Under the pieces are notes generated by a model, which was not told the DNA's origin, searched no databases, and saw only the letters and a list, made by a program, of their open reading frames with translations. This document shows, one piece after another, positions 12,283 through 23,805 of a stretch of 64,000 nucleotides of DNA; the stretch's first letter is position 1; each line of letters opens with the position of its first letter. Source of the DNA: Thalia democratica (lineage: Eukaryota); the NCBI GenBank assembly GCA_965202585.1, contig OZ241830.1, positions 32,798,001 to 32,862,000 of the forward strand. Reading direction: 5' to 3'. The translations under genes and the position numbers were made by a program.

Positions 12283-14565
12283 TATACATTAGTAACTTTA
12301 ATTGTAGCAATAAGTTAAAAGTAGAAAGTTTGATAAAGTTGAATATAAATTATTTACTAACCTTTTCTATATGGAACTATTTAAGGTTTACTTTCAGAAA
12401 ATTCTTTAAGATGCTTTAAAAGTAAACCTTTTTTACATTACTGATTTATATACATTGAGTTTATTAAATGTATAAGAAGGTAAAAAAATGGTCTTTTTAT
12501 AACAAAATGGTCAAAAAAAAGTAAAATGAGTAAGCAGGGCTGTAATTGACTATAACTAAAATAAATAAAATAGTAACTTAAAAAAAAATATTGTACCATT
12601 TTAAAATCATTGCATCAGAAAAATTGAGTGAATTTTGAAACAACCAATCTACTATGAATCATGCTGGTAACTTAAAACTTTAAAATAATTGAGTTTTTTG
12701 AGTACCTTAAGTATCACAGTGTTGCTAAATGTTTTTGAAAAATTTCTTCAAGGTTTTTTGAATTTTTTCTAGTTTTCAAAAAAAAGACAGCTTTTTCATG
12801 GCTATTTCTAGTGTAAATATAAGTTTAAGGTAAAAACTGTCTTAAAAAATATAAACATTTAAAGCTACTTTACATGTGCTTTTTAATACTTTTTTTTTTG
12901 TAATGTAATTAAATAATTTTAATATGACAGATTTGAATGTTATTTCAAAATTTTATTACTACAAAAATATTAAAATTTCTTTTTAGGTTTTTTTTTGTGT
13001 TTTTGTTCAAAATTCAAGGTTTTTTCTAGTTATTTAAAATTACAGGTTTTTGTAGGATGTTAAAGCTTAAATTTCAAAATCAGTTTTTTTCAGAACTCCA
13101 AGTTTTTTGCAACCCAGATTCTGATTGTGTTGCAACCTTAAAAAACTAAATACTGACTGAGTTTTTGAGAGTAAAGAAACACTCTAGGAGTTTTAATAAT
13201 TTTTGAATTAAAAATTTACAAAAAAAAAGGTAAAAATACTTAAATTATTATACTCTAAGATTCCATATGTTATGATATTATTGAACTACTGATTAATTTA
13301 TATAGTTATAATCATACATTAGTAACTTTAATTGTAGCAATAAGTTTAAGTAGAAAATTTGATAAAGTTGAATATAAATTATTTACTAACCTTTTCTATA
13401 TGGAATTTATTAAGGTTTACTTTCAGAAAATTCTTTAAGATGCTTTAACAGTAAACCTTTTTTACATTACTGATTTATATACATTGAGTTTATTGAATGT
13501 ATAAGAAGGTAAAAAAATGGTCTTTTTATAACAAAATGGTCAAAAAAATGTAAAATGAGTTAGCAGGGCTGTAATTGACTATAACTAAAATAAATCAAAT
13601 AGTAACCTAAAAAAAAAATTTGTACCATGTTAAAATTAATGCACTAGAAAAATTGAGTGAGTTTTGAAACAACCAATCTAGTATGAGTCATGCTGTTAAC
13701 TTAAAAGTTTATAATAATTGAGTTTTTTGAGTACCTCAAGTATCACAGTGTTGCTAAATGTTTTTGAAAAATTTCTTCCAGATTTTTTGATTTTATTCAG
13801 GTTTGCAAAAAAAAGACAGCTTTTTCATGGCTATGTCTAGTGTAAATATAAGTTTAAGGTAAAAACTGTCTTAAAAAGTATAAACATTTAAAGCTACTTT
13901 ACATGTGTTTTTTAATATTTTTTTTTTTGTAATGTAATTAAGAAATTTAAATATGACAGATTTGTATGTTATTTGAAAATTTTATTACTATAAAAATACA
14001 AAAATTTCTTTTTAGGTTTTTTTTTGTGTTTTTGTTCAAAATTCAAGGATTTTTCTAGTTATTTAAAATTACAGGTTTTTTTAGGATGTTAAAGCTTAAA
14101 TTTAAAAATCAGTTTTTTCCAGAACTCAAAGTTTTTGGCAACCCTGAATTCTTATTGTGTTGCAACCTTAAAAAACTTAATACTGACTGAGTTTTTTAGA
14201 GTAAAGAAACATTTAGGAGTTTTATTAATTTTTGAATTGAAAATTTATAAAAAAAAGTGAAAATACTTAAATTTATTATACTCTAAGATCCCATATGTTA
14301 TTCAATAAACTTATAATTACTGCAACATCTGTCGCTGTACAACATTGAATAAAAATATTACTATTGTACTACTGATTAATTTATATATTTATAATTATAC
14401 ATTAGTAACTTTAATTGTAGCAATAAGTTTAAAGTAGAAAATTTGATTAAGTTGATTATAAATTATTAACTAAACTTTTCTATATGTAATTCTTTGAGGC
14501 TTACTTTTAGAAGATTCTTCAAGATGCTTTAACAGTAAAACTTTTCTACATTACTGATTTATATA
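12283..14565. repeat. S array, ~2.3 copies, interrupted by the RTE and resuming at 18617-18782
   Basis: CAGTGTTGCTA at 12717 and 13746 (period 1029 bp); right ends near 13115 and 14146. Confidence 0.88.
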
Positions 14566-14728
14566 ATAATAATAATAATAATAAGGCCCGCTATCAGCCG
14601 AGATCGGCTATGCGTGTTGTGCACAGAGAAAAAAATAAAAAATTACATGTTTAAAAAAAAAAACATACACAGTGATGCAATAAACAAAACACAAACACAC
14701 AAAAAAACAATTACATTCATTCTGCTTC

Positions 14729-17700
14729 TTATTTCTTTATCTTCTTCTTCGTTTTTCTAAAATATTCCTTTTCTCTTTCTTGCAGTCTTTTGTATATAGT
14801 TGATCTCCATTTGGCACGGTCATTTGCAAGCAACTCCCAATCATCAGTTCCAATGTTCAAGCTTTTTAGGTCGCGCTTGCATACATCCTTAAAACGTAAT
14901 TTTGGACGTCCTCGGTTTCGTTTGCCAACGACCAACTCGCCATACAATAGAAACTTTGGGAACCGCTCAGTATTTATTCTCAGGATATGACCGAGCCAGC
15001 GAAGCCTGCGCTGACTGAGGGTAAAGTACATAGTGGTAAGACCAGTACGTCTCAATACTTCCTCATTGGTGATCTTTTGCTGCCATGTAATTCCAAGGAT
15101 GCGACGAAGGCATCGTAGGTGGAAGGTATTGACTTTCTTCTCCTGTACGCTAGGTAACGTCCATGTCTCGTTACCGTGAAGCAGAGTACTGCAGACACAG
15201 GAACGGTAAACGTTAGCCTTTGTTCGGATGCTTAGCTTTTGGTTATCCCAAACTCTTGCAGTCAAGCGAGCGAAAGTGCCTGATGCTTTGCCAATGCGAC
15301 TATTTATTTCTTTGTCCAATGATGCGTTTGACGCAACATTTGAGCCAAGGTATACAAAGTTATCTACATTCTCGATATCCTTACAATTGATCTTGATTGA
15401 TGGTAAAATATTTGTTCCTTGACTTAGAATTTTAGTCTTCTTAAGGCTTATAGTAAGGCCGAAATCCGAGCATGCCGAAGAAAACTGATTCAGCAGTGTC
15501 TGCAGGTTTTGGGCAGAGTGAGCCACGAGTGCAGCATCGTCAGCAAATAAAAGATCACGTATGGTGACTTTCTTCAGATTTCGCTTAGCTCTTAGATTTG
15601 AAGGGTTGAAAAGGTGTCCGTCAGTTCTTGTATGAAGCTTGATTCCAGTGGTTAATGAATTAAAAGCATGCTTTAATAGCATCGAAAAGAAGATTCCAAA
15701 CAAAGTTAGAGCAAGTACGCAGCCTTGCTTTACCCCACTTTTGATTTCAAATGAATCAGATACACTACCATCATATTGAATGGTTGCCCTTGTGTTTGTA
15801 TGAAAAGACTTCACAATATTGAATAATTTTGGAGGACATCCAATTTTCAGCAGTATAGCATATAGTCCTTCTCTACTTACCAAGTCAAAGGCTTTAGTGA
15901 GGTCAATGAAAGCGATGTACAAAGGCATGTTCTGCTCATTACATTTCTCTTGTAACTGACGTACAGAAAAAATCATGTCGGTGGTAGATCTTTTAAACCT
16001 AAATCCACATTGAGACTCAGGATATACTCTTTCAGCCAGCTTCTGAATACGAGGAAGAACCACTCTTGCAAAAACTTTACCAGCAATCGCAAGAAGAGAA
16101 ATTCCCCTGTAACTATTGCAGTCCGATCTGGAACCCTTGTTTTTATATAAGACTATGATCTTAGCATCACGCATGTCTTGTGGCACTATACCTTCTCTCC
16201 AACATTTGGCTAAAATATCATGTAAATGAGGTAAAAGCATGACTTACAATTGCGGACCAAGTCCGCTGGTATGCCGTCACTACCTGGAGCTTTCCACGGA
16301 GCCATCATATCAATGGCTTTACTGAGTTCTTCAGTAGTTGGTACGCTATCCAGGTCATCCATCATTGGTAGACTATCCATTCTGTTAAGGGCATCATTAG
16401 TAACAATATTCTGTGTAGAATACAGAAGGGAAAAGTGTTGAACCCATCTACTCAACTGTTCATTCCTACTGTGTAAGATTTCACCAGTCTCAGATAACAA
16501 AGGTGATATTGACCTCTTTGTTGGTCCAACTGCTTTTCTTATTCCTTCGTAGACTGATTTGGTATCTCCTCTGTCAGCAGCAGCCTGAATACGGGCACTA
16601 GCCTTTAACCAAAACTCAGTAGCACATTTTCTAGCTGCCCTCCGAAAAATTTTTCTGGCTTCACGAAGTCTATTAAGACACGTGTTACTTGGGTCACGTT
16701 GATAATCAACATGAGCCTGTCGCTTTTTCTTTAAAAGAGGAGATAAAATATTGATATTTTCTTCGAACCAGTCTTTGCTGGCATGTTTGTTCTTTCCAAA
16801 AGTTTCAAAGGCATTCTGATATATACTTTTTTCGATCCTACACCAAGATTCAGAAGCAGATGTGTCCGACGAAGAGACAGATGGCATCAGAGTTGAGAAC
16901 TTTTTGATATTTTCCTTGTCCCGCATTGCACCTACATTTAGTCGAACTTTACGAGCTAAATTGTTTGAATAATTGTGCATGAACTTTTTTGAGATGTGCA
17001 TTTTACAGCAGACCAAAGAATGATCGCTGTTGCAGTCTGCGCTTTGATATGATCTAGTTAACAGAACATCGTTAATACGATGGCGTCTCACTAAGACAAG
17101 GTCTAATTGGTGCCAGTTTTTAGAACGGGGATGTCTCCAAGATACTTTATGCTGCCATTTAGTTTTAAAAAATGAATTGGTAACACAGAGGTTCTGTTTA
17201 TGACAAAACTCTAAAAGGCGTTGACCATTAGAATTCATTCTTCCAAAACCAAAATGTCCTAGACAGGGAGCCCAGGAGTCGTGATCAGATCCAACTCTTG
17301 CATTAAAATCACCCAGAATAACAAGTTGGTCGTTTTTTGGCAATTTATTCACTACGAGATTTAACTTTTCATAAAAATTATCTTTAATTTGCTCGTCAGT
17401 GTATAGCGTATGCGCATATACACTAATAAGGGTCGCTGTTCCTTTTTTGGTGTGTAAACGTAGAGTAGCAATACGTTCGTTTCCGTCACCGACTTCTACA
17501 TGTTGTAAGAGTGTATTCTTGACAGCAAAACCAACACCATATTCTTTACGTTCTTCAACAGACTTACCTTACCAGAAGAAAGTAAATTTTTTTTCTTTAA
17601 CTGAGCCTTGACCAGCAAGGCGCGTTTCTTGAAGAGCTGCAATATCAACTTTAAGACGAAGAAGTTCGTTATTTACAATAGCAGTTTTTCTTGCATCATT

Positions 17701-17799
17701 TATGTTTTAGGGGTCCATACCAGTAGTCATGGTACGAACGTTCCAGCTTCCCAGTTTAAGAGTGGGTCTCTTTTTACGTTTATGTTTGTCAGGTGACAT
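14729..17799 (-). pseudogene. RTE endonuclease-reverse transcriptase ORF (disrupted)
   Basis: The ATG at 17799 opens the APE domain (LKLGSWNVRT, DIAALQETR, GVGFAV, LGDFNARVG, SDHSLV). In-frame TAA codons at 17707-17709 and 17569-17571. A 1-nt frameshift near 16235 joins track ORFs 16210..17352 and 14729..16240. RT motifs YRGISLL, QCGFR, FIDLTKAFD, GVKQGC, LLFADD, YLGS. Confidence 0.92.
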
Positions 17800-18481
17800 A
17801 GTTTCAGTTTACTTTTCACTTAAAGCTATCCCCATTCACCCAATGAGGAAGGTAAACTGTGGCGGAACAACACCTTACTGGCTGAGGGCTGCTCAGCTTA
17901 AGGCAGGCGGTGATTGTTCAGTGGAACTAAAAAATTCCTTCTACCGACGAATACGACCCCTGGCGCCCATCCTTTCGCCAAACAGGATTAGGCTTATCAC
18001 CGGTAACTGCCGTATTCCGTGTTGTGTCTTCGCGAAAAACCTGCGAAGCTGGAGTAAACCTCTCCAAGCACAAAGCCAGGGCATAACATTGAGATTCCAG
18101 CTGTTGCCCATGCAGCAGGAACTCACTCTCCACAGTGAGAAGAGCTCAGCGAAACAGCAAAGCTGATACAGCCAAGATTCATCATTGTCGCAGGAGCTGC
18201 CGAAATGACATTGAATACAAAGTCAGACCGCCTACGTGGCTCCGACTACGGCTTTTTGATCAGAGTTTTGCATCTCCTAGAGGAATAGAAGTACAGTTCT
18301 TCGGAGTTTCCTCTACCCCCGTGTTTAAGACTTTACCATGTCTGATTTTTCCTCAGGGTTTACTCCCGAAGCCTTTGCTTAGCCAAAAGCAACAACAAGG
18401 CAGTGGTGGTCGGCAAAGGTTTTACAGAGCTGATGCTAAAACAGCTCCAACCCCAAGGGGAGATCATGAAAGTTCTTCAGG

Positions 18482-18562
18482 GATCTTCTGTGTCATCTTT
18501 GTGATCTTCTGTGTCATCTTTGTGATCTTCTGTGTCATCTTTGTGATCATCTGTGTCATCTT
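18482..18562. repeat. 21-bp tandem repeat (GATCTTCTGTGTCATCTTTGT, ~3.9 copies) at the 5' end of the RTE element
   Basis: Units start at 18482, 18503, 18524 and 18545, with no spacers between them. Confidence 0.95.
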
Positions 18563-21500
18563 ACATTTACGTCTTATTCAATATTTTTGACGTTTTCTAC
18601 ATTAATGATTTATATACATTGAATTTATTGAATGTATAAGAAAGTGAAAAAATGGTCTTTTTATAACAAAATGGTCAAAAAAAAGTAAAATGAGTTAGCA
18701 GGGCTGTAATTGACTTTAACTAAAATAAATAAAGTAATAACCTAGAATCTAGTTTTCTGTACCATTTTAAAATTAATGCACTCAAAAAATAGTTTCTTGT
18801 ACACTAGTGTGCACCAGTGTACGCTTTGACGACCACTTGAATCTGGACTCTAAGTTATTAACTTTGTCTATCAAGGTTAATTATTTTTAAAGCAAAAAAG
18901 CCAGTTAAGTAATAAAAGTTAGGTTATGCAAGTTTTACATAGACTCATAGCATAGTTTTCATTATTCGAGGGATTTCTTGCTCAAGTACTATGAAATTAT
19001 GTAAGACTTGTATAGGTCATATAACAAAAAATTGGAATAGTTAATATTTCCTTAATATAAAGCCTAGTTAAACAAGCAATTGATTTTTTTTTTTAATGAT
19101 ATATTTTCAGTAAAGATAAAGTTAATGATAAATTTGAACATTTTGGAAAAAAATTTTTAAAGGAAAAATGTCATATCTTATAAAAAAGAAATTCAAAAAA
19201 CATGAACTTAGGTTACTTGGTAGTTTAGAAAAAAAATATTAGTTTATTTTTGGTAAAAAGCTAACATAAGTAAGAAAAATTAAAAAAAAATAGTTAAATT
19301 ATTAAAGGGGCCCTACTTAAGTCAAACCCCGAATCGGTGGAAATTATTGTTAAAAGCTAAGCAAAGAACGTTTGTTAGAAAAAAAAGTTCCCAGTTAGTT
19401 ATAAAAATAAGTAAAATAATTGGATCTAAAGTTTGAAATTTTTTTTTAAATTGCATACAAAGCTATTCGAGCCAAAGTAACCAACATATTGTAAATTTTA
19501 AGAAGGACTATCGTAAGCTTTAAAGTTTTCTTACATTTATAGTATAGCTGCAATTTAACTTGAAAAAAATAAATGTTTCCGTAATAACTTTTAAAGACTT
19601 AAGCACAAATTTAAAATATTCAACTTTAAAAAATAAAGCGAGTTTTCTTTTCAGAAGATACTAAGTATAAATATAATGTTTAAATCCCATTCAAAATAGA
19701 ATAGCTAATTTTCAATGAATGATATAATATATAAAAACTTTAAAAAAATCAAAGATTAGAATAATACTATGCTTAAAATTGTCAAATTGCTTATTTGAAT
19801 TTAACCAAATTTTAAGAGTTTATGAATAATTAAAAAATATTGCAGCATTTTTTATATTTTCATAAGTAACTAAATGTAAACAAACACTAGTAACATAAAA
19901 CTTAACATTCTTAAAACACGAGCATTGAAGTTAGAAGTAACGCATAATTCTTACTTAACATGTCAACTTATACTTCTCTTTTATATTCAAAATCTACAAA
20001 ACTTATAATTACTGCAAAATCTGTCGCTGTACAACATAGAATAAAAATATTACTATTAAACATTTTCTATGAAACCTTCACTAAGGTAAACCTGCTCTGT
20101 ATACAATTTAATCATACACCGTATTAAAACTAATAATAATAAAAAAGTTTAGACTTTTTTAACATTTTTTTCAGCTTAATTAATTTTACAAAACCATTTT
20201 ACACGGTCAAATAGATTTTTTTTATTTCTACCAACTTAGTAGGAGCAGAAAATTAATGATAACTTTTGCGGATATCGTCCCTTTACTTAATAACTATTTG
20301 TTTACCTTATTCACCCCTTACTAGCTTTCATCCTTTAATAGCCAAGTTAAGAAATAGTAAAGTATACGTAATGGTTTTTAAGAATAACGTAAGTTAGAAC
20401 TCAATGTTAAAATTCTGTAGAAAGACATCTTACACTTACTATTATTTCCAATAAGCGTTTAAAATAATGCAATACGTTTTATAAATGTTTTGTTTAAGCC
20501 GTAAAATTACTATAGTGACTGTTGACAATAAACTTTCAATATTAGCATGAACTTTACTTTTCTAAAAACTAATTGATTAGCTAGTGCAAATTAAGTCTAA
20601 GATATTTTTTACTGATTCTTTTTTATCATTATATTTCAACCCTAACATTAAGAAAGAATTTGAAAGTTAATGTAGAGTATGTAGTTTAAAAGAAGAGCTA
20701 TAAAATGTTGGTGCAATTTTTGCCAAAATAAAACGAAAATAATATTTTTTTACTTATAAATTTGTATAACTATTTTTCATTTACTAGAAATTGTAGTTAA
20801 TTAACCAAATACTTGTTATAATTTTACAAAAAAAAAATCAATAAATTTTAGAAAATAGATAAAATTTTAATTTAAAAAAAAATCAGTATAAACCAAATCA
20901 TACATTGTATTACATACTTAAGACAAATTTTTATAAATAAGACAAAAGTATTTAATTTACTTTTATATCGTAGTTTTTATTCAATTCAAAGCTTAATTTT
21001 AGAGCAGTCATAGGATTATTACTTTTAAGCTTGGTATTTACTAATTTTGCTATCACTACAAATTATTATTGATACTAATTATTACTACTAATTTTTCTTT
21101 TAGTAATTTTAGTTTTAATTTCCATGTTTTACCCTAAAACGAGATGTAAATCTGTTTTTTTTTAAATAAGCTTACTAAGGCAAGAAGGTAAATATAATAT
21201 GGGGGAGAACAGTGAAGAGTTGTCAACTAATAAAGGGGGCAACTTATATAAAACTTTCTTTTTGAAATCAAGTGTCTGCTTTACAGAGATTAAACTTTTA
21301 ATAAAGTATCAAATAAGCAATGTAAGAATTCTACGTGTCAAGCTAAATTTGTCTACACCATTTTTTCTTCAAAGTATTTAAAAGATAACAACATATCTCA
21401 ATTCAAATGCTAAAAAAATTGTAATTTCTTTTATATAAGAATTAGAATATTTTAAATTTATCCTTACTGGTAACTCATTTTGTATGAACAAAATGAATAA

Positions 21501-22653
21501 ATAGTGTATTTATTTATCAGTGAGAGAGGTATGTCATAAATTCAGTGTTTCTGTTGATTTAGATATAAATAAAAGATGTTGTAGGTTGTAAACTTATAAT
21601 AAGGGTTTTGGATACCATCCTATCGTTACTTTTTAATGGGGTTCGCTTGTCAGTGTTTATTGGTAGTAAAGTTTTAGACTACGTGTATTAGTCAATCTAA
21701 ACCTGGCGGTAAAACATTATTTACTAAACTCGGAAATAGAAAACTTGAACTTTCCTGACTCCTTAGGCTATAGTGTTTGATTAACTTAAAATATATTGAC
21801 TATCTTTAATTAAATCATTATTGTAGAAGTAACAACATAGAAGTACCATAAAGATACTGCGAAAAGAAGTAGAACAAATATATATACAAATAAAATCCAC
21901 AACTTATAAACTTTTTGTTGAGTGTCTTACTGATTTTTAGAATAAGAATTTTAAATGTAATGTGCATTGTCGCTCAAAATGTACTTTTTTTTTGGTTTTT
22001 ATATAATGGCATTAGATAAAAAAACTTTTAGTGCAATTGGCAGTCATTTAATAAACAGAAATTAATAATGTATCAACTTTACTACAAATTATTGAGTATA
22101 TATACTCTGTAGATAAAAGGTAAAATAAGTGTAAGCAGTTACATAGCACTTCAATATCTAACGACTTTTACTCTAATTTATTTATCTCCGGGCCATGCTT
22201 AGTTATATAACAAATTATCAAAAAATAAAACTAAAGTTATAATTTATAGGTTACGCCGTAGTTAAAACTAATAGGCTGCATCTTAAACGTGGTTTAAGCC
22301 TAACTAGTTCCAGAAAAAACATAAGGAATATCTAAATTAAGGCATTTCAGTTAAAAATTTTAAAACAAGGGTTATACTATAACAAAAATAATTTTACTTT
22401 TATTATTTTTAAAAATAAATTATAGAAAAAGTAGTGTAGAGATTTAAAACTTTAAAATGATTTTGGTTTTAACAAAGCTTAAAATTATATCTTACAAAGA
22501 CTTGTATAATACGACCCATACCAAAATAATGTATTCTATGTGCCTGCCTATAGTTAAATATTTTCCTAAAATAATAAAGATCACGCATAAAGGTTATTTA
22601 CTAGTTTTATTTTCCTAAAACAAGATAAAACAAAGTTCTAAATTTGCTTAAAA

Positions 22654-23805
22654 TCATGCTTGCTCGTCCAGTGTTACACCGAGGGCTTTTATATCTTCAG
22701 TCACACGATCAAGATATGTGGGATCCGGGTACCCGTAGGCCGATACTCCCCCGCTACGAGAAGTCTTGTGATGGATGTCGTTCCAAGTGATCACATTCTT
22801 CTCTCCGGTGGTCAAACTGGTGCCCACCGTGAACGTCAGCTTCATCCTCCACGCTTTCCTGAGCAGCTCCACCACTCGTCGTCCTTCCTCGTTGTCAGGC
22901 AGGTACGCCGTCCGGTGATCTCCCTTGTAACGCGCCCCCGGGTTCTCGTGCTGGGGTCCCTGACGACCGCTCAGAAAGCTGTAGCCGATCACGATCGTGC
23001 CGAATTCTTCGTAACCTTCGCAGCTCCAGTTTTTCTTCACGCTCACTGACATTGTGCCTTTGGGGCAAGGGCCGAGTTTTTCGACGACTGTCTTCCTGCA
23101 AACCGGGCACTTTCTGTCGATTCTAACGCAGTCTTTCAAGCAACATTCGTGGAAGAGATGCTCGCAGACTCCAGTGCCTTTTACTGGTCCTTTTTGTTTT
23201 AATGGTTCCAAACAAACGGAACATTCATCGTTTTCGTCGTAGCTACCCAACTGCACTTCAACACCTTCAAAGTTTTCTTGAGTCACCGTTTTCTTAACAC
23301 CTTCGTCAAATTCCGCTATTTTAAGATAGTTTGGCTGTTCGCCACAATCAAGATTTGATACTTCGTCGAGCCACTTTTTCATCTTATCAGGATATTGTTT
23401 TTTGATTATTACGGTTGGGCAATATTTAAGCATTTCGTAGACTGTGGTCAAGACATTTGCAATTGAGGTTTTAAGTTTGTCAAAAACGTTTTTGTGAACT
23501 TTTCCAGTTTTCTTGTAGACTTGAGGGTGTGAAAAGTCATAAATAAAAGTCACAGTAGGCGGTTTGTTGGGGTAAGAGTCCGGAAATTTCAACAACACAT
23601 CAACATCTTTGCCCTTTTTTTCAGAGTTTGGATGACTTGTCACTTTTGCATTAAGTGTTCCTTTTTCGTAGTTTACTTGTACGACTCTGATGTTGTCATT
23701 TAGATGGTACACTTCAACTCCTTCGTCGTCTACTTTCTTCGTGAAAGATCCACAGGCTACTAGTTCCTTTTCAACTTGTTTTTAACTGATATGCTTAAAA
23801 ATCAT
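22654..23805 (-). pseudogene. UEV-RING-DTC Deltex-like gene, copy 2, nonsense codon at codon 8
   Basis: Colinear with copies 1 and 3 from the ATG at 23805 (same 1152-nt span). Codon 8 is TAA (23782-23784), versus TTG in copy 1 and TCA in copy 3. The track ORF 22654..23712 starts at a GTG. The next in-frame ATG is codon 125 (23431-23433). Confidence 0.8.

Larger units (their letters stand above)
14566..18592 (-). mobile_element. Full-length RTE-clade (BovB-like) non-LTR retrotransposon, inactivated
   Basis: APE endonuclease plus reverse transcriptase ORF. (TTA)n tail at 14565-14584. 24-bp TSD TTTTCTACATTA(C/A)TGATTTATATA at 14542-14565 and 18593-18616. Empty paralogous site at 7007-7030. About 800 bp of GC-richer 5' UTR. 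Confidence 0.92.

Noticed and set aside
18482-18562. Possible CRISPR array
   Set aside because: Repeats are directly adjacent with no spacers, the context is eukaryotic, and no cas genes are present.
17729-18590. ORFs of 145 and 151 aa on + (the latter ending VIFVIFC repeats), and short minus-strand ORFs
   Set aside because: Lie over the RTE 5' UTR; the repetitive peptide is simply the 21-bp tandem repeat translated.
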